In this document: in pieces, positions 54,683-64,000 of the stretch
How positions within the stretch are numbered: position 1 is the stretch's first letter
How the letters are laid out: every line of letters begins with the position of its first letter
From: Vulcanimicrobiales bacterium
GTDB lineage: Bacteria > Vulcanimicrobiota > Vulcanimicrobiia > Vulcanimicrobiales > Vulcanimicrobiaceae
Assembly (NCBI GenBank): GCA_038231455.1
Contig: JBBRLI010000003.1
Span: 1-64,000, forward strand
Direction: 5' to 3'
DNA: 64,000 bases
Notes under the pieces: model-generated
Database searches by the model: none
The model's input: only the letters and a program-made list of their open reading frames with translations
What the model was told of the DNA's origin: nothing
Translations under genes and position numbers: made by a program

Positions 54683-55959
54683 ATCGCGCTTCCGTCTGCA
54701 GCGATGCGCGCGAATCCGGCAAACGGCACGAGCGCGGCGGGCAAGGTCACGCTGCCGTCGGCTTGTTGGCCGTTTTCGAGCAGCGCGAGTAGCGTGCGCC
54801 CGACGGCAAGTCCCGAACCGTTGAGCGAGTGCGCAAATTCGGGTTTTGCCGTCGCTTCGCGTCGGAAGCGGATCTCCGAGCGACGCGTTTGGAAATCGGT
54901 GCAGTTCGAACACGAACTGATTTCGCGATACGACGCACTCGATGGCACCCACACTTCAAGGTCGTACGTTTTTGCCGCGTTGAAACCGACGTCGGCCGAA
55001 CACAGGAGCAACTGGCGGTACGGCAACTCGAGTTCTTCGAGCAGCGCGGCCGCATCGCCGATGAGCGTCTCGAGATTGGCGAACGACTCTTCGGGGCGCG
55101 CGATCCAGACGAGTTCGACTTTTTCGAATTGGTGTTGGCGAATGAGGCCGCGCGTGTCTTTGCCCGCGGCTCCCGCTTCTTTACGGAAGCAGGCGGAATA
55201 CGCGGTGTACTGCGCGGGTAGCCGATCGTTTGCGAGGATTTCGTTCTTGTGATACGCGGTGAGCGGCACTTCGGCGGTGGGGATCATGAACGTATCCCCG
55301 TCCGCGAACATTGCGTCGGCAAATTTTGAGAGCTGACCGGTCGACCACATCGTCTCACGCGTTACCAAATACGGAACGGCTAGTTCGAAGTAGCCGCGCT
55401 TCGCGGCGCGATCCAAGAAAAACGAAACGATTGCCCGCGAGAGACGCGCGCCCGCGCCGCGCAGTACGGCAAACCGGCTGCCCGAAAGTTTGGCCGCGCG
55501 TTCGAAATCGATGATCCCGAGCGACTCCCCGATTTCCCAGTGAGGTTTGGGCGTGAAGTCAAACGTTCGCGGTGTGCCCCAGCTACGAACGGTTACGTTG
55601 TCTTCTTCGCCTTTGCCCTCAGGGACCGCGTCATCCAAGATATTCGGCACATCCGTGATGAGCTTGTTGATCGCTTCATCGAAGCCGGGCAAGGATTCCG
55701 AGTCACGCGCGATGCGTGCATCGACTTCGGCGATCTGTGGTTTGAGGCGCGCGGCCTCGGCGGCGCGGTCAGTCGCGATCTTAATCGCGCCGGTGAGCGC
55801 GTTCTTTTCGGCCTTGAGCGCCTCGACCTCGGTGAGGGTTTTGCGTTTGAGCGCGTCAAGCTCGAGCACCCGGTCGACGAAGCTGGGATCTTGACCGCGG
55901 CGCTGAGCGGAGCGGCGAACGCGATCGGGGTCGCGCCGGAGAAGAGCGATATCGAGCAT
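54679..55959 (-). CDS. serS: Serine--tRNA ligase
   Basis: IPTAEVP, CFRKEAG, GLIRQHQFEKVE, REISSCSNC and LNGSGLAVGR motifs. Confidence 0.97.
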   Translation of the reverse strand: MLDIALLRRDPDRVRRSAQRRGQDPSFVDRVLELDALKRKTLTEVEALKAEKNALTGAIKIATDRAAEAARLKPQIAEVDARIARDSESLPGFDEAINKLITDVPNILDDAVPEGKGEEDNVTVRSWGTPRTFDFTPKPHWEIGESLGIIDFERAAKLSGSRFAVLRGAGARLSRAIVSFFLDRAAKRGYFELAVPYLVTRETMWSTGQLSKFADAMFADGDTFMIPTAEVPLTAYHKNEILANDRLPAQYTAYSACFRKEAGAAGKDTRGLIRQHQFEKVELVWIARPEESFANLETLIGDAAALLEELELPYRQLLLCSADVGFNAAKTYDLEVWVPSSASYREISSCSNCTDFQTRRSEIRFRREATAKPEFAHSLNGSGLAVGRTLLALLENGQQADGSVTLPAALVPFAGFARIAADGSAM

Positions 55960-56028
55960 CGAAGCGTGGGCGACCTTTAAGAAAGAAGAAGAAAGAAGGG
56001 CGTCTTGCGGGGCGAACGAGCCGCCGTT

Positions 56029-57291
56029 ATGCGGAATTCGCAGGCGCTCCTACCGGGTGCGGCATTCGAGCCTGAGCGCCTCCTCGCACCGACGCAGGCG
56101 GTTCACGTTTTTCGTGCCGCGGTCGCAATTGCGCTTCCGTCGATCGAAACGGTCTCGTTGAACGATTCCGCGGGACGCATTCTTGCACGCGATATTGTTG
56201 CTGATGCAGCCTACCCGACGCACGCGCGCTCGACGATGGATGGTTTCGCCCTCGCGAGCAGCGACGGCGCGACTGCGCGCCGGGTCGCGGGCGAAATTCG
56301 CATGGGCGCGCGGCCGCCGCACGCGCTCGGTGCCGGCGAGGCGATGCGCATTCCGACCGGCGGCGCGCTTCCCGAAGGTGCCGATGCGGTCGTTCCGTTT
56401 GAAGACGCCGACGTGATCGTCGCTCCGGGCGACCCGGCCGAAACCCTCGTTTTACGCGAAGCCCTCGCTGCCGGCGAAAACGTGACGCAAGCCGGCAGCG
56501 ACATGGCACGTGGCGCGTGCGTTCTTGCGCTTGGACGACGGATCGGCGGTCCGGAACTCGGTGTACTCGCGACGCTCGGCGTCACCGCGATCCCCGTCTA
56601 TCGTCGCCCACGAATCGCAATCGTGTCGACCGGCGATGAACTCATCGAACCGAGCGGTTCGCTTGAGATCGGGCAAGTGCGCGACTCCAACCGGTATGCC
56701 ATCGCGGGCTCGCTCATCGCACTGGGCGCGATTCCGGTTCACGTCCCGCGCGCCCCCGATACGCTCGACGGTTTGCTCGACGTCCTGCGGGCCGCACTCG
56801 CGGACGCCGACGCCGTATTGCTGACCGGCGGTTCGTCGGTCGGCGCACGCGATCTGACCCCCGACGCAATCGAAGCGCTCCGCGGAACGGTTCACGTGCA
56901 CGGTATTCGCGTAAAGCCAGGAAAACCGACGGTGTTCGCATCGATCGATGGAAAGCCGGTGATCGGACTGCCGGGCAATCCGACCTCGGCGCTCATGATT
57001 CTCGAAGCGGTGATCGCACCGATCGTTAGCGCTCTCGTCGGCGAAGTCGCGCCGCGTACGGACGGCGTGCGCGCCATCGCGGCCGAAGAATTCCAGGGTC
57101 GCGTGGGTTGGACGTGGTACGTCCCGGCCGAACTCCGGGCGGGTCGTGCGTTTCCGCTGCCGCTGCGCAGCGCGCATACGAGTTTACTTGCACGTGCGAG
57201 CGGCTACGTGATTCTCGGTGAGGACACGGCGCGGATCGCAGCCGGAACGGCGCTCGAAGTCGTCCGCTTTTCATCTGGAGGACGTACGTGA
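56029..57291 (+). CDS. moeA: Molybdopterin molybdotransferase
   Basis: STMDGFA, STGDEL, DSNRY, TGGSSVG, KPGKPT and GLPGNP motifs. Confidence 0.93.
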   Translation: MRNSQALLPGAAFEPERLLAPTQAVHVFRAAVAIALPSIETVSLNDSAGRILARDIVADAAYPTHARSTMDGFALASSDGATARRVAGEIRMGARPPHALGAGEAMRIPTGGALPEGADAVVPFEDADVIVAPGDPAETLVLREALAAGENVTQAGSDMARGACVLALGRRIGGPELGVLATLGVTAIPVYRRPRIAIVSTGDELIEPSGSLEIGQVRDSNRYAIAGSLIALGAIPVHVPRAPDTLDGLLDVLRAALADADAVLLTGGSSVGARDLTPDAIEALRGTVHVHGIRVKPGKPTVFASIDGKPVIGLPGNPTSALMILEAVIAPIVSALVGEVAPRTDGVRAIAAEEFQGRVGWTWYVPAELRAGRAFPLPLRSAHTSLLARASGYVILGEDTARIAAGTALEVVRFSSGGRT

Positions 57292-57857
57292 AACGCTTGT
57301 TCCCGCTTCTGATTCTCGCGCTCTGCACGGCGTGCAGTTCGACGACCACAACAGACGAGGTCAAACGTCAGATCGATAGCGCCGCATCGAGCGCACCGGC
57401 TGCGGCATTCAAGGACGGCTTGATCGCAGCAGCCATCAAAACCAAACTCGCCTCGGATGATATCGATTCTGCGACGCGGGTCCATGTCGCGGTGAAGGCC
57501 GGCCACGTGCGCATCTCCGGCGTCACGCGCAATCCCGAGCAAGTCGAGGTTGCAACGCGCGATGCAAAAGGCATCGCCGGCGTCCTATCCGTTGAAAACG
57601 TCATGACGATCGATACCAAACTTGCGAAGACGACCGACGAGGCCTCGGATTTCGGCCTGGCAGCCAAACTCACAGCAGAACTGGCAGCCCAAACCGGCGT
57701 GAACGCGGCGGGGATCAAGATTTCCGCCCACGCCGGGGTGGTCACGCTCAGCGGCCACGCGCCGAGCGCCGCCATCAAGGCGACCATGCTTGAGACCGCT
57801 CGCAACGACCACGCCGTACGCAGCCTGGTCGATAAGATCGCGGTTGTAGGATCGTAA
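57288..57857 (+). CDS. Dual BON-domain lipoprotein (OsmY-like)
   Basis: Lipobox-like LCTAC and two BON repeats (GHVRISG, GVVTLSG). Confidence 0.85.
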   Translation: MKRLFPLLILALCTACSSTTTTDEVKRQIDSAASSAPAAAFKDGLIAAAIKTKLASDDIDSATRVHVAVKAGHVRISGVTRNPEQVEVATRDAKGIAGVLSVENVMTIDTKLAKTTDEASDFGLAAKLTAELAAQTGVNAAGIKISAHAGVVTLSGHAPSAAIKATMLETARNDHAVRSLVDKIAVVGS

Positions 57858-58969
57858 TGATCCCCCGCCCCACCCCGCAAGTCGAGGCCGTCCCGGCGTC
57901 GACCCCCTTCGTCGCCCCCGAAGCCCTGGCTCGTCGCGTCGGGCGCGCCTCGCTCGTGCGCTTGGGCGCAAACGAAAGCGCCTTCGGCCCCTCGCCGAAG
58001 GCCATCGCCGCGATGCAAGCGGCGCTGGGCCGGACGAGCTGGTATGGCGATCCGGAGTCGCGCGAACTGCGCGAGGCACTTGCGTTACGCCACGGCTGCG
58101 CCTTCGAGAACATCGTTGTCGGGTCGGGGATCGACGATCTCCTAGGCCTTGTCGTGCGCAGCTATCTTGCGCCCGGCGCGACGGCGCTTGCGACGCGTGG
58201 GACCTACCCGACCTTCACGTACCATGTCGTCGGTTACGGTGGCGAGATTGCGACCCTCGATGCGCGGGCCGATGGGTCGGTCGATATCGACGGGATGATC
58301 GCCAGCGCGACGACCATCGCACCGGCGCTCGTCTACCTTGCCAATCCCGACAACCCCAGCGGCACGATGGCTGGGGCTGCGGATATCGAGCGGCTGCGAG
58401 CTGCACTGCCCACCGGGACGTTGTTGATCCTTGATGAGGCGTACGTCGATTTCATCGGTACTGCACGGGTCCTGGGAGATGCGATCGTCGAAAATATGAT
58501 TCGCATGCGCACGTTTTCGAAAGCTTACGGGCTAGCCGGTGCGCGCATCGCGTATGCGATCGCGGCGCCCGGGATCATCGCGACGTTCGAAAAAATCCGC
58601 CTGCACTTTGGCGTGAACCGGACCGCGCAAATCGGTGCGCTTGCCGCACTGAACGATACCGCCTATACCGCGTATGTTGCCGGAGAAGTCGCGCGTGGCC
58701 GCGACGAATACGTGGCGCTTGGGAAAACACTGGGAATTGCGACGCTCGCATCGTTTACGAATTTCGTCTGCTTTCGGCTCGAATCGCGCGCCCAGGCAGA
58801 AGCCATGGTCGCCGCACTCTTGGAACGCGGAATTTTCGTGCGTAAACCCGGGGCCGCGCCGATCGAGGACTGTATCCGTGTGACGATCGGCACGCCGGGC
58901 GAGCGCGCGGCCTTCGCCGACGCCTTTGCCGAGGCGCTCGCCGCCCTGCGCGAGAAGGCGACCCGGTGA
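57857..58969 (+). CDS. Histidinol-phosphate aminotransferase-like (class I/II)
   Basis: LGANES, NPDNPSG, LDEAY, RTFSKAYGLAGARI and IRVTIG motifs. Confidence 0.85.
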   Translation: MIPRPTPQVEAVPASTPFVAPEALARRVGRASLVRLGANESAFGPSPKAIAAMQAALGRTSWYGDPESRELREALALRHGCAFENIVVGSGIDDLLGLVVRSYLAPGATALATRGTYPTFTYHVVGYGGEIATLDARADGSVDIDGMIASATTIAPALVYLANPDNPSGTMAGAADIERLRAALPTGTLLILDEAYVDFIGTARVLGDAIVENMIRMRTFSKAYGLAGARIAYAIAAPGIIATFEKIRLHFGVNRTAQIGALAALNDTAYTAYVAGEVARGRDEYVALGKTLGIATLASFTNFVCFRLESRAQAEAMVAALLERGIFVRKPGAAPIEDCIRVTIGTPGERAAFADAFAEALAALREKATR

Positions 58970-59694
58970 GGTATGCCATCCTCTCCGATATTCACAGCAA
59001 TCTCGAAGCGCTGAACGTTGCGCTCTCGTTCATCGCGCCCGGCGACGGCGTGCTGTGCCTTGGTGATATCATCGGTTACGGTCCGAATCCCAACGAGTGT
59101 ATCGAACTCTTGCGCACGCGTGCGACGGCGACCGTGCTCGGCAACCACGACCTCGCGGCGATCGAAGATTTTGGATTGTCGTTTTTCAATCCGGCTGCGC
59201 GAGCGGCGTTGATCTGGACGCAAGGGATGCTCACAGCCGGGAATCGCGATTGGCTCGATACGCTCGGCTACGAATTCCGGCATGGCGAATTTCTTCTCGT
59301 GCACGGCGCACCCGGTCCGAATTACTTCGAATATATCATGGATGAAGAGGTCGCCGCGCGCGCCTTTGCCGCAACCGACGCGCGCTTGATCTTTATCGGT
59401 CACACGCATATCGCCGAGTATTACGCGCTCGATGAATCGGGTACGGTGCGCCGCAAAGGCCTTCAGCAAGGCGGCGAATTCCAGCTCGACGAAAACACAC
59501 GCTATATCGTCAACGTGGGAAGCGTCGGACAGCCGCGCGACCTCAATCCCAATGCGTCGTTTGCGTTTTACGAACCCGACGCGCGGAAGATCACCATCCA
59601 GCGCTTCGCATATCCGATCGCGCAGGTGCAAGAAAAGATCGTGTCCGCTCACTTGCCCGACGCCCTCGCGCGTCGGCTCGTTCTCGGCCGGTAA
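58966..59694 (+). CDS. Metallophosphoesterase
   Basis: SDIHSN, LGDIIGYG, GNHD, GHTH and NVGSVGQPRD motifs. Confidence 0.92.
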   Translation: MRYAILSDIHSNLEALNVALSFIAPGDGVLCLGDIIGYGPNPNECIELLRTRATATVLGNHDLAAIEDFGLSFFNPAARAALIWTQGMLTAGNRDWLDTLGYEFRHGEFLLVHGAPGPNYFEYIMDEEVAARAFAATDARLIFIGHTHIAEYYALDESGTVRRKGLQQGGEFQLDENTRYIVNVGSVGQPRDLNPNASFAFYEPDARKITIQRFAYPIAQVQEKIVSAHLPDALARRLVLGR

Positions 59695-59712
59695 CCCGAA
59701 GGAGTCTGCCTC

Positions 59713-60666
59713 GTGCCCCAGCGTTTTTTGCGTCTACTCGCCTTTGCGGTCGCGCTTGTCCCGACGTTTGCTGTAGCGGCGCCGGCCGCCGTCCCCGCCC
59801 TTCCCATCGTGCGCAATGACTACGCCAATGCGAAATTCAGCGCGGCGCTCGCGGCCGGACTCAAGGCGTTCTACACCAAGCAGTTCGGTCAAGCGGTCGA
59901 TAGCTTCAACGACGCACTTGCGATCGTACCGGACAACACGCTTGCGATCTCGTTTCTCAACGCCGCCGCCGCGCAGAATGGGACGCTCGAGTCGCTGATT
60001 GCAAATGAAGAAGACACGCTTGGCAAAAATTCCAAGAGCTATCTTCCACACGCGCGTCTCGGTTTCTCGTATCTTTTTTCGAGCCAGCTCGGACACAATC
60101 GCGATGTTGACGCGCGTGAAGAACTCAACGCAGCAGTCGCGATCGATGCGAAGAATCCCGCGGCGCACGTCGGCCTGGGTGTGATGCGCTTCAACGAACG
60201 CAGCACCAATCGCGCGAAAACCGAGTTTCTTGCCGCGCTCGATGCGGATAAGAACAACGTGCTCGCGCGCGAGTATCTCGGCCAAATCTATCAGCTCGAT
60301 CTGAAAGATCCGCAGCGGGGCCTGGCTTATGTGATCGACGTGCCGAACGTCGTACCGGGCTACGCCGACATCGATTTCCACATCGGCTCGCTGCTCTACG
60401 ATCTCGATCAAAAATCGCAAGCCATCAAGTGGCTCCAGCAAGCAATCGATATCGACATCGGTCACGTTGGCGAGGCCGGTCAACACGGATTTACCTTGCT
60501 CGCGCAAGCGTATCTCGACGAACACAAAGTCGCCGAAGCACGCAAAGTGTTGCACGAAGCGATCATCTCGAATTCCGACGCGCCGTACGCCCAAACGATC
60601 CTTGCCAAGATCGACCGTGGCGTCTACGACGAACCCAAACCCAAGGACACCAAAAAGAAGCCGTGA
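59713..60666 (+). CDS. Secreted TPR protein
   Basis: Signal peptide and TPR-like repeats (AHVGLGVM, REYLGQIY, FHIGSLLY). Confidence 0.8.
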   Translation: MPQRFLRLLAFAVALVPTFAVAAPAAVPALPIVRNDYANAKFSAALAAGLKAFYTKQFGQAVDSFNDALAIVPDNTLAISFLNAAAAQNGTLESLIANEEDTLGKNSKSYLPHARLGFSYLFSSQLGHNRDVDAREELNAAVAIDAKNPAAHVGLGVMRFNERSTNRAKTEFLAALDADKNNVLAREYLGQIYQLDLKDPQRGLAYVIDVPNVVPGYADIDFHIGSLLYDLDQKSQAIKWLQQAIDIDIGHVGEAGQHGFTLLAQAYLDEHKVAEARKVLHEAIISNSDAPYAQTILAKIDRGVYDEPKPKDTKKKP

Positions 60667-61073
60667 GCGACCAAGACCCCGTTGATGACGGGCACTGCTT
60701 TGCCTGCGGCCAGCTCAACGAAGACGGACTGAAGATGCGCTTCGAGCAGCAGCGCGACGGATCGGTCATCTCACACGTTCGCGTCTCCGCAAAATTTCAA
60801 GGTTGGCGCGGAATCGCGCACGGCGGGATCGTCATGACGTTGCTCGATGAAGGGATGGCACACGCCGCCATCGCGCAGGGCGTGCGGGGCGTCACGGCCT
60901 CCATGACGACGCGATTCCGCGCGCCGCTCGTGCTCGATACCGACCTCGAAGTGCACGGTCGCGTGAAGTGGACGCGCCGCAATGTGCTCGCTTGCGAATC
61001 GGACGTGTACGATGCCGATGGCAACGTCATCGCAAGTGCCGAGGGCAGCTTTATCTCGCGCGGAAGCACCTAG
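60663..61073 (+). CDS. PaaI family thioesterase
   Basis: CFACGQLN and FQGWRGIAHGGIVMTLLDE motifs. GTG start at 60663. Confidence 0.9.
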   Translation: MSDQDPVDDGHCFACGQLNEDGLKMRFEQQRDGSVISHVRVSAKFQGWRGIAHGGIVMTLLDEGMAHAAIAQGVRGVTASMTTRFRAPLVLDTDLEVHGRVKWTRRNVLACESDVYDADGNVIASAEGSFISRGST

Positions 61074-61573
61074 TGGCCAAGTCCAAGATCGCGCGTAAAG
61101 CCGAGCAGAAAGAGAACGACAAGAACAGCGCCGAGCCGACCTCCGATAATCGTCGCGCGCGGTTCGAATACGAGATCCTCGATTCGCTCGAAGTCGGCAT
61201 CGTGCTCACGGGTACGGAAATTAAAAGCGTGCGCGCGGGCGGCGTGAGTTTGAACGAGGCCTACGCGCGCGTCAAAGACGATGAAGTTTGGCTCGTCAAT
61301 ATGCACGTCGCGCCGTATAAAGAAGGCAGTTTCTCCAATCACGAGCCGCGCCGGTCGCGCAAACTCCTACTCCACAAAGCGCAAATTGCCGACCTGAAAT
61401 CGCGCTCGGCAGAAAAAGGTCTGACGCTCGTACCTCTGCGGATGTACTTTACGCGCGGCATGGTCAAAATACAAATCGGCCTTGCGCGCGGAAAGAAAAT
61501 TTGGGATAAGCGCAAGACGATCGCCGAGCGCGAAAACAAGCGCGAACTCCAGCGCGCGACGCGCGAGAACTAG
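61073..61573 (+). CDS. smpB: SsrA-binding protein
   Basis: NRRARFEY, GIVLTGTEIKS, RKLLLHK and ARGKKIWDKR motifs. Confidence 0.97.
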   Translation: MAKSKIARKAEQKENDKNSAEPTSDNRRARFEYEILDSLEVGIVLTGTEIKSVRAGGVSLNEAYARVKDDEVWLVNMHVAPYKEGSFSNHEPRRSRKLLLHKAQIADLKSRSAEKGLTLVPLRMYFTRGMVKIQIGLARGKKIWDKRKTIAERENKRELQRATREN

Positions 61574-61577
61574 CGGG

Positions 61578-62450
61578 ATGCGCGGCGCGCGACCCGGAGC
61601 GGCACTCGACGTCGAAATCGCGCGCGTCCTGGATCTTCCGCGCGGCAGCGGCGTGGTCGTTGCGTGCAGCGGCGGCCCGGATTCGGTGGCACTCGCGGCG
61701 CTGCTCGCGCGTTGGGCTCCAACGCGTGAGGTCGCGCTCACCATCGCACACGTGAATCACGGCCTGCGCGCATCGGCCTGGCAAGACGAATGCGTCGTGC
61801 TTTCTGCGGGGGCGCGGCTTGGTCTTCCGGTCCGCATCGCAGCGCTCGAACCGCACGGCGATGATGAAGCATCGCTGCGCGATGCGCGTTACGCAGCGCT
61901 CGCTCGTTGTGCGCGCGATGCCCGGGCCGTCGCCATCGCAACGGCGCACACCGCCGAAGATCAAACGGAAACCGTGCTGCTCGCGCTCTTCCGCGGCACG
62001 GGACTCGATGGACTCGCAGGAATTCCACCCCAGCGTCCGCTCGAACCCGGCATCACGCTCGTCCGCCCGCTGCTGCGTATCCCGCGCGCGGAGCTGATCG
62101 CGGAGGTGCGCCGCGCCGCGCTTCCGGTTGCGTACGATCCGACGAACGCCGAACAGCGGTACCGTCGCAACGCCGTCCGCGCCGCGCTCGGCGAGCTACG
62201 CGCCAGCTTTCCGGGGCTCGACCGGGCCGTCGCGCGCTGCGCGGAGATCGTGCGAGACGACCTCGACGACGCGCCGATCGCCCGCCGCCGCCGCGCCCTG
62301 CGGACGGTTTTGGCCGAACGTCGGCAAGACATCCCTTTCGAGCGTATCGAAGCGCTCTTGCGAGCTCGTCCGTCGGCCCGCGTATTTCTCAAAGCGGGAT
62401 TCGACGCCGTAGCCGGAGAGCTAGATGTTGACGCACGACCCGACGATTGA
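61578..62450 (+). CDS. tilS: tRNA(Ile)-lysidine synthase (short form)
   Basis: SGGPDS PP-loop, HVNHGLR, AHTAEDQTET, RPLL and DPTN...RNAVR motifs. Confidence 0.9.
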   Translation: MRGARPGAALDVEIARVLDLPRGSGVVVACSGGPDSVALAALLARWAPTREVALTIAHVNHGLRASAWQDECVVLSAGARLGLPVRIAALEPHGDDEASLRDARYAALARCARDARAVAIATAHTAEDQTETVLLALFRGTGLDGLAGIPPQRPLEPGITLVRPLLRIPRAELIAEVRRAALPVAYDPTNAEQRYRRNAVRAALGELRASFPGLDRAVARCAEIVRDDLDDAPIARRRRALRTVLAERRQDIPFERIEALLRARPSARVFLKAGFDAVAGELDVDARPDD

Positions 62451-62997
62451 AGCCGTTCTCTTCTCCGCAGAAGAGATCGCCGCAGCGATCGAGTCCATGG
62501 CCGCAGAGGTTGCGCGCGATTATCGTGACGAGCCGGTGGTGCTGGTGGGTGTGCTCAAAGGCGCCCTCTTTGTGACGGCGGACCTGGCGCGGGCGCTCGC
62601 TCGCAGGCCGGATGGACCGAGCGAGATCCACCTGGACTTCATCACCGTCTCGAGCTACGGCAACGCGAATCGTTCCAGCGGCGAAGTGCGTTTATTAAAA
62701 GACACCGCTCAGAGTCTGGAAGACCGAAACGTGGTCATCGTCGAGGACATCATCGACAACGGCCTCACGCTCGATTACCTCCAGCACCTGCTCGGCGGTC
62801 GCCGGCCCCGCTCGCTTCGAACGTGCGTGCTGCTCGACAAGCCGTACCGCCGGTCGATCGAGGTCGCCGTGGACTATCGTGGGATGCTCTGTCCGGACGA
62901 ATTCATCGTAGGGTACGGTTTGGACTACCAAGAACGCTATCGGACTCTGCCCTACCTCGCCAAGCTCCGCGCGGACGCGTTTCCGACCGATTCCTAA
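62425..62997 (+). CDS. hpt: Hypoxanthine phosphoribosyltransferase
   Basis: GVLKGA, VEDIIDNGLTL and FIVGYGLDY motifs. Confidence 0.95.
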   Translation: MLTHDPTIEAVLFSAEEIAAAIESMAAEVARDYRDEPVVLVGVLKGALFVTADLARALARRPDGPSEIHLDFITVSSYGNANRSSGEVRLLKDTAQSLEDRNVVIVEDIIDNGLTLDYLQHLLGGRRPRSLRTCVLLDKPYRRSIEVAVDYRGMLCPDEFIVGYGLDYQERYRTLPYLAKLRADAFPTDS

Positions 62998-63189
62998 TCA
63001 AAGCGTGCCACGTTAGTCCCGAACGCGGTGTCAAACGAGTAGAAACAGAAGCAAACTTCCACAGTAGTCGGTCGGTGTGACCTGCACCCTCGTGTTCCGG
63101 ACCCCTCAGCGGGGTATTGTGAACATCCACCCAGGTGGGCGTCCCCACACAAACGCCCCATCTACCCCGAGGCCAGCAAAATTACGTTT

Positions 63190-64000
63190 ATGGGCAAGCA
63201 TCTCAAGTCGATCCTGATCGTTCTCGGCATCTTCATCCTGGTGATCTTCGTTGTCGACAAGCTCGTCTTGACGCAACCGAACTCCACGAAGATTTCGTAT
63301 AGCGCCTTCCTTGGTAAAGTGACCGACGATCAAGTCAAAAAGGTCACGATCGCCGGGACGGAAGTAGCGGGCGAATATGTCGGCACAACCGCCGATAAGT
63401 TCACCACGACCCTGCCGGCGAACGATCATCAGGCGATCGACCTCATGGAGAAGCATAAGGTCGACATCACGAACGAAAGCGGCGGGTCGACGCCGCTCTT
63501 CGGCTGGCTCGTCCAGCTCGTGCCGTTCATTTTGATGGCCCTGCTGCTCGTCTTCATTTTGCGCCAAGCGCAGAGCGGCGGCAGCCAGGCGCTCTCGTTT
63601 GGCCGCTCGCGGGCCAAGTTGCTCTCGGAGAACCGTCCGAAAGTGACCTTCGCCGATGTTGCCGGTGTCGAGGAAGCAAAAGAAGAGCTGGGCGAAGTTG
63701 TCGAATTCCTGAAATACCCGAAGAAATTTCAGGCGCTCGGCGCGCGTATCCCCAAAGGCGTTCTGCTCTTGGGCCCGCCGGGATCCGGTAAAACGCTCCT
63801 CGCTCGCGCGATCGCGGGCGAAGCCGGCGTGCCGTTCTTCTCGATATCGGGTTCGGACTTCGTGGAAATGTTCGTCGGCGTCGGCGCATCGCGCGTCCGC
63901 GACCTCTTCGAACAGGCGAAGAAATCAGCGCCTTGCATCGTGTTTATCGACGAAATCGACGCGGTCGGCCGCCAGCGCGGTGCGGGCCTCGGCGGCGGTC
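63190..64000 (+). CDS. ftsH: ATP-dependent zinc metalloprotease FtsH (3' end runs off the window)
   Basis: Manual translation from ATG 63190 gives two TM segments, [30 protein letters not shown] and [13 protein letters not shown]. Confidence 0.96.
   Translation, partial: MGKHLKSILIVLGIFILVIFVVDKLVLTQPNSTKISYSAFLGKVTDDQVKKVTIAGTEVAGEYVGTTADKFTTTLPANDHQAIDLMEKHKVDITNESGGSTPLFGWLVQLVPFILMALLLVFILRQAQSGGSQALSFGRSRAKLLSENRPKVTFADVAGVEEAKEELGEVVEFLKYPKKFQALGARIPKGVLLLGPPGSGKTLLARAIAGEAGVPFFSISGSDFVEMFVGVGASRVRDLFEQAKKSAPCIVFIDEIDAVGRQRGAGLGGG

Noticed and set aside
55960-56028. T-box leader for serS
   Set aside because: The gap is too short and no T-box consensus is present.
63000-63189. CIRCE heat-shock operator before ftsH
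   Set aside because: TTAGCACTC-N9-GAGTGCTAA is not present.
1-64000. CRISPR array, IS element or defence system
   Set aside because: No regularly spaced direct repeats and no transposase, Cas or restriction motifs seen by eye.

Overview
High-GC bacterial chromosomal window, densely coding, with no CRISPR array, integrase or transposase seen. The gene set and style (diderm outer-membrane proteins plus a Firmicute-like tilS-hpt-ftsH order) would fit a Terrabacteria diderm such as Eremiobacterota/Vulcanimicrobiota; this is inference only. Housekeeping and metabolic genes include partial fumC, ridA, a group II PLP decarboxylase, a PucR + GS-like pair, an MgtE-N/CBS + Nramp pair, suhB, kynA-kynU, tRNA-Ser(TGA), tsaC/sua5, serS, moeA, smpB, tilS, hpt and partial ftsH. 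Two surface-structure loci stand out. (1) At 17465-27406 is a six-gene, non-canonical chaperone-usher/WxL-like fimbrial locus: an usher-like protein, three pilin-like subunits, a chaperone and a 1284-aa Cys-rich adhesin. It sits back-to-back with an orphan, divergent flagellin and carries sigma-28-like promoters. (2) At 30314-37311 is a divergent Pel-like exopolysaccharide operon: deacetylase, outer-membrane barrel with an apparent ATA start, GAF-REC-helical regulator, PelF and a PelG-like protein. All family calls come from motif recognition by eye, not database searches.
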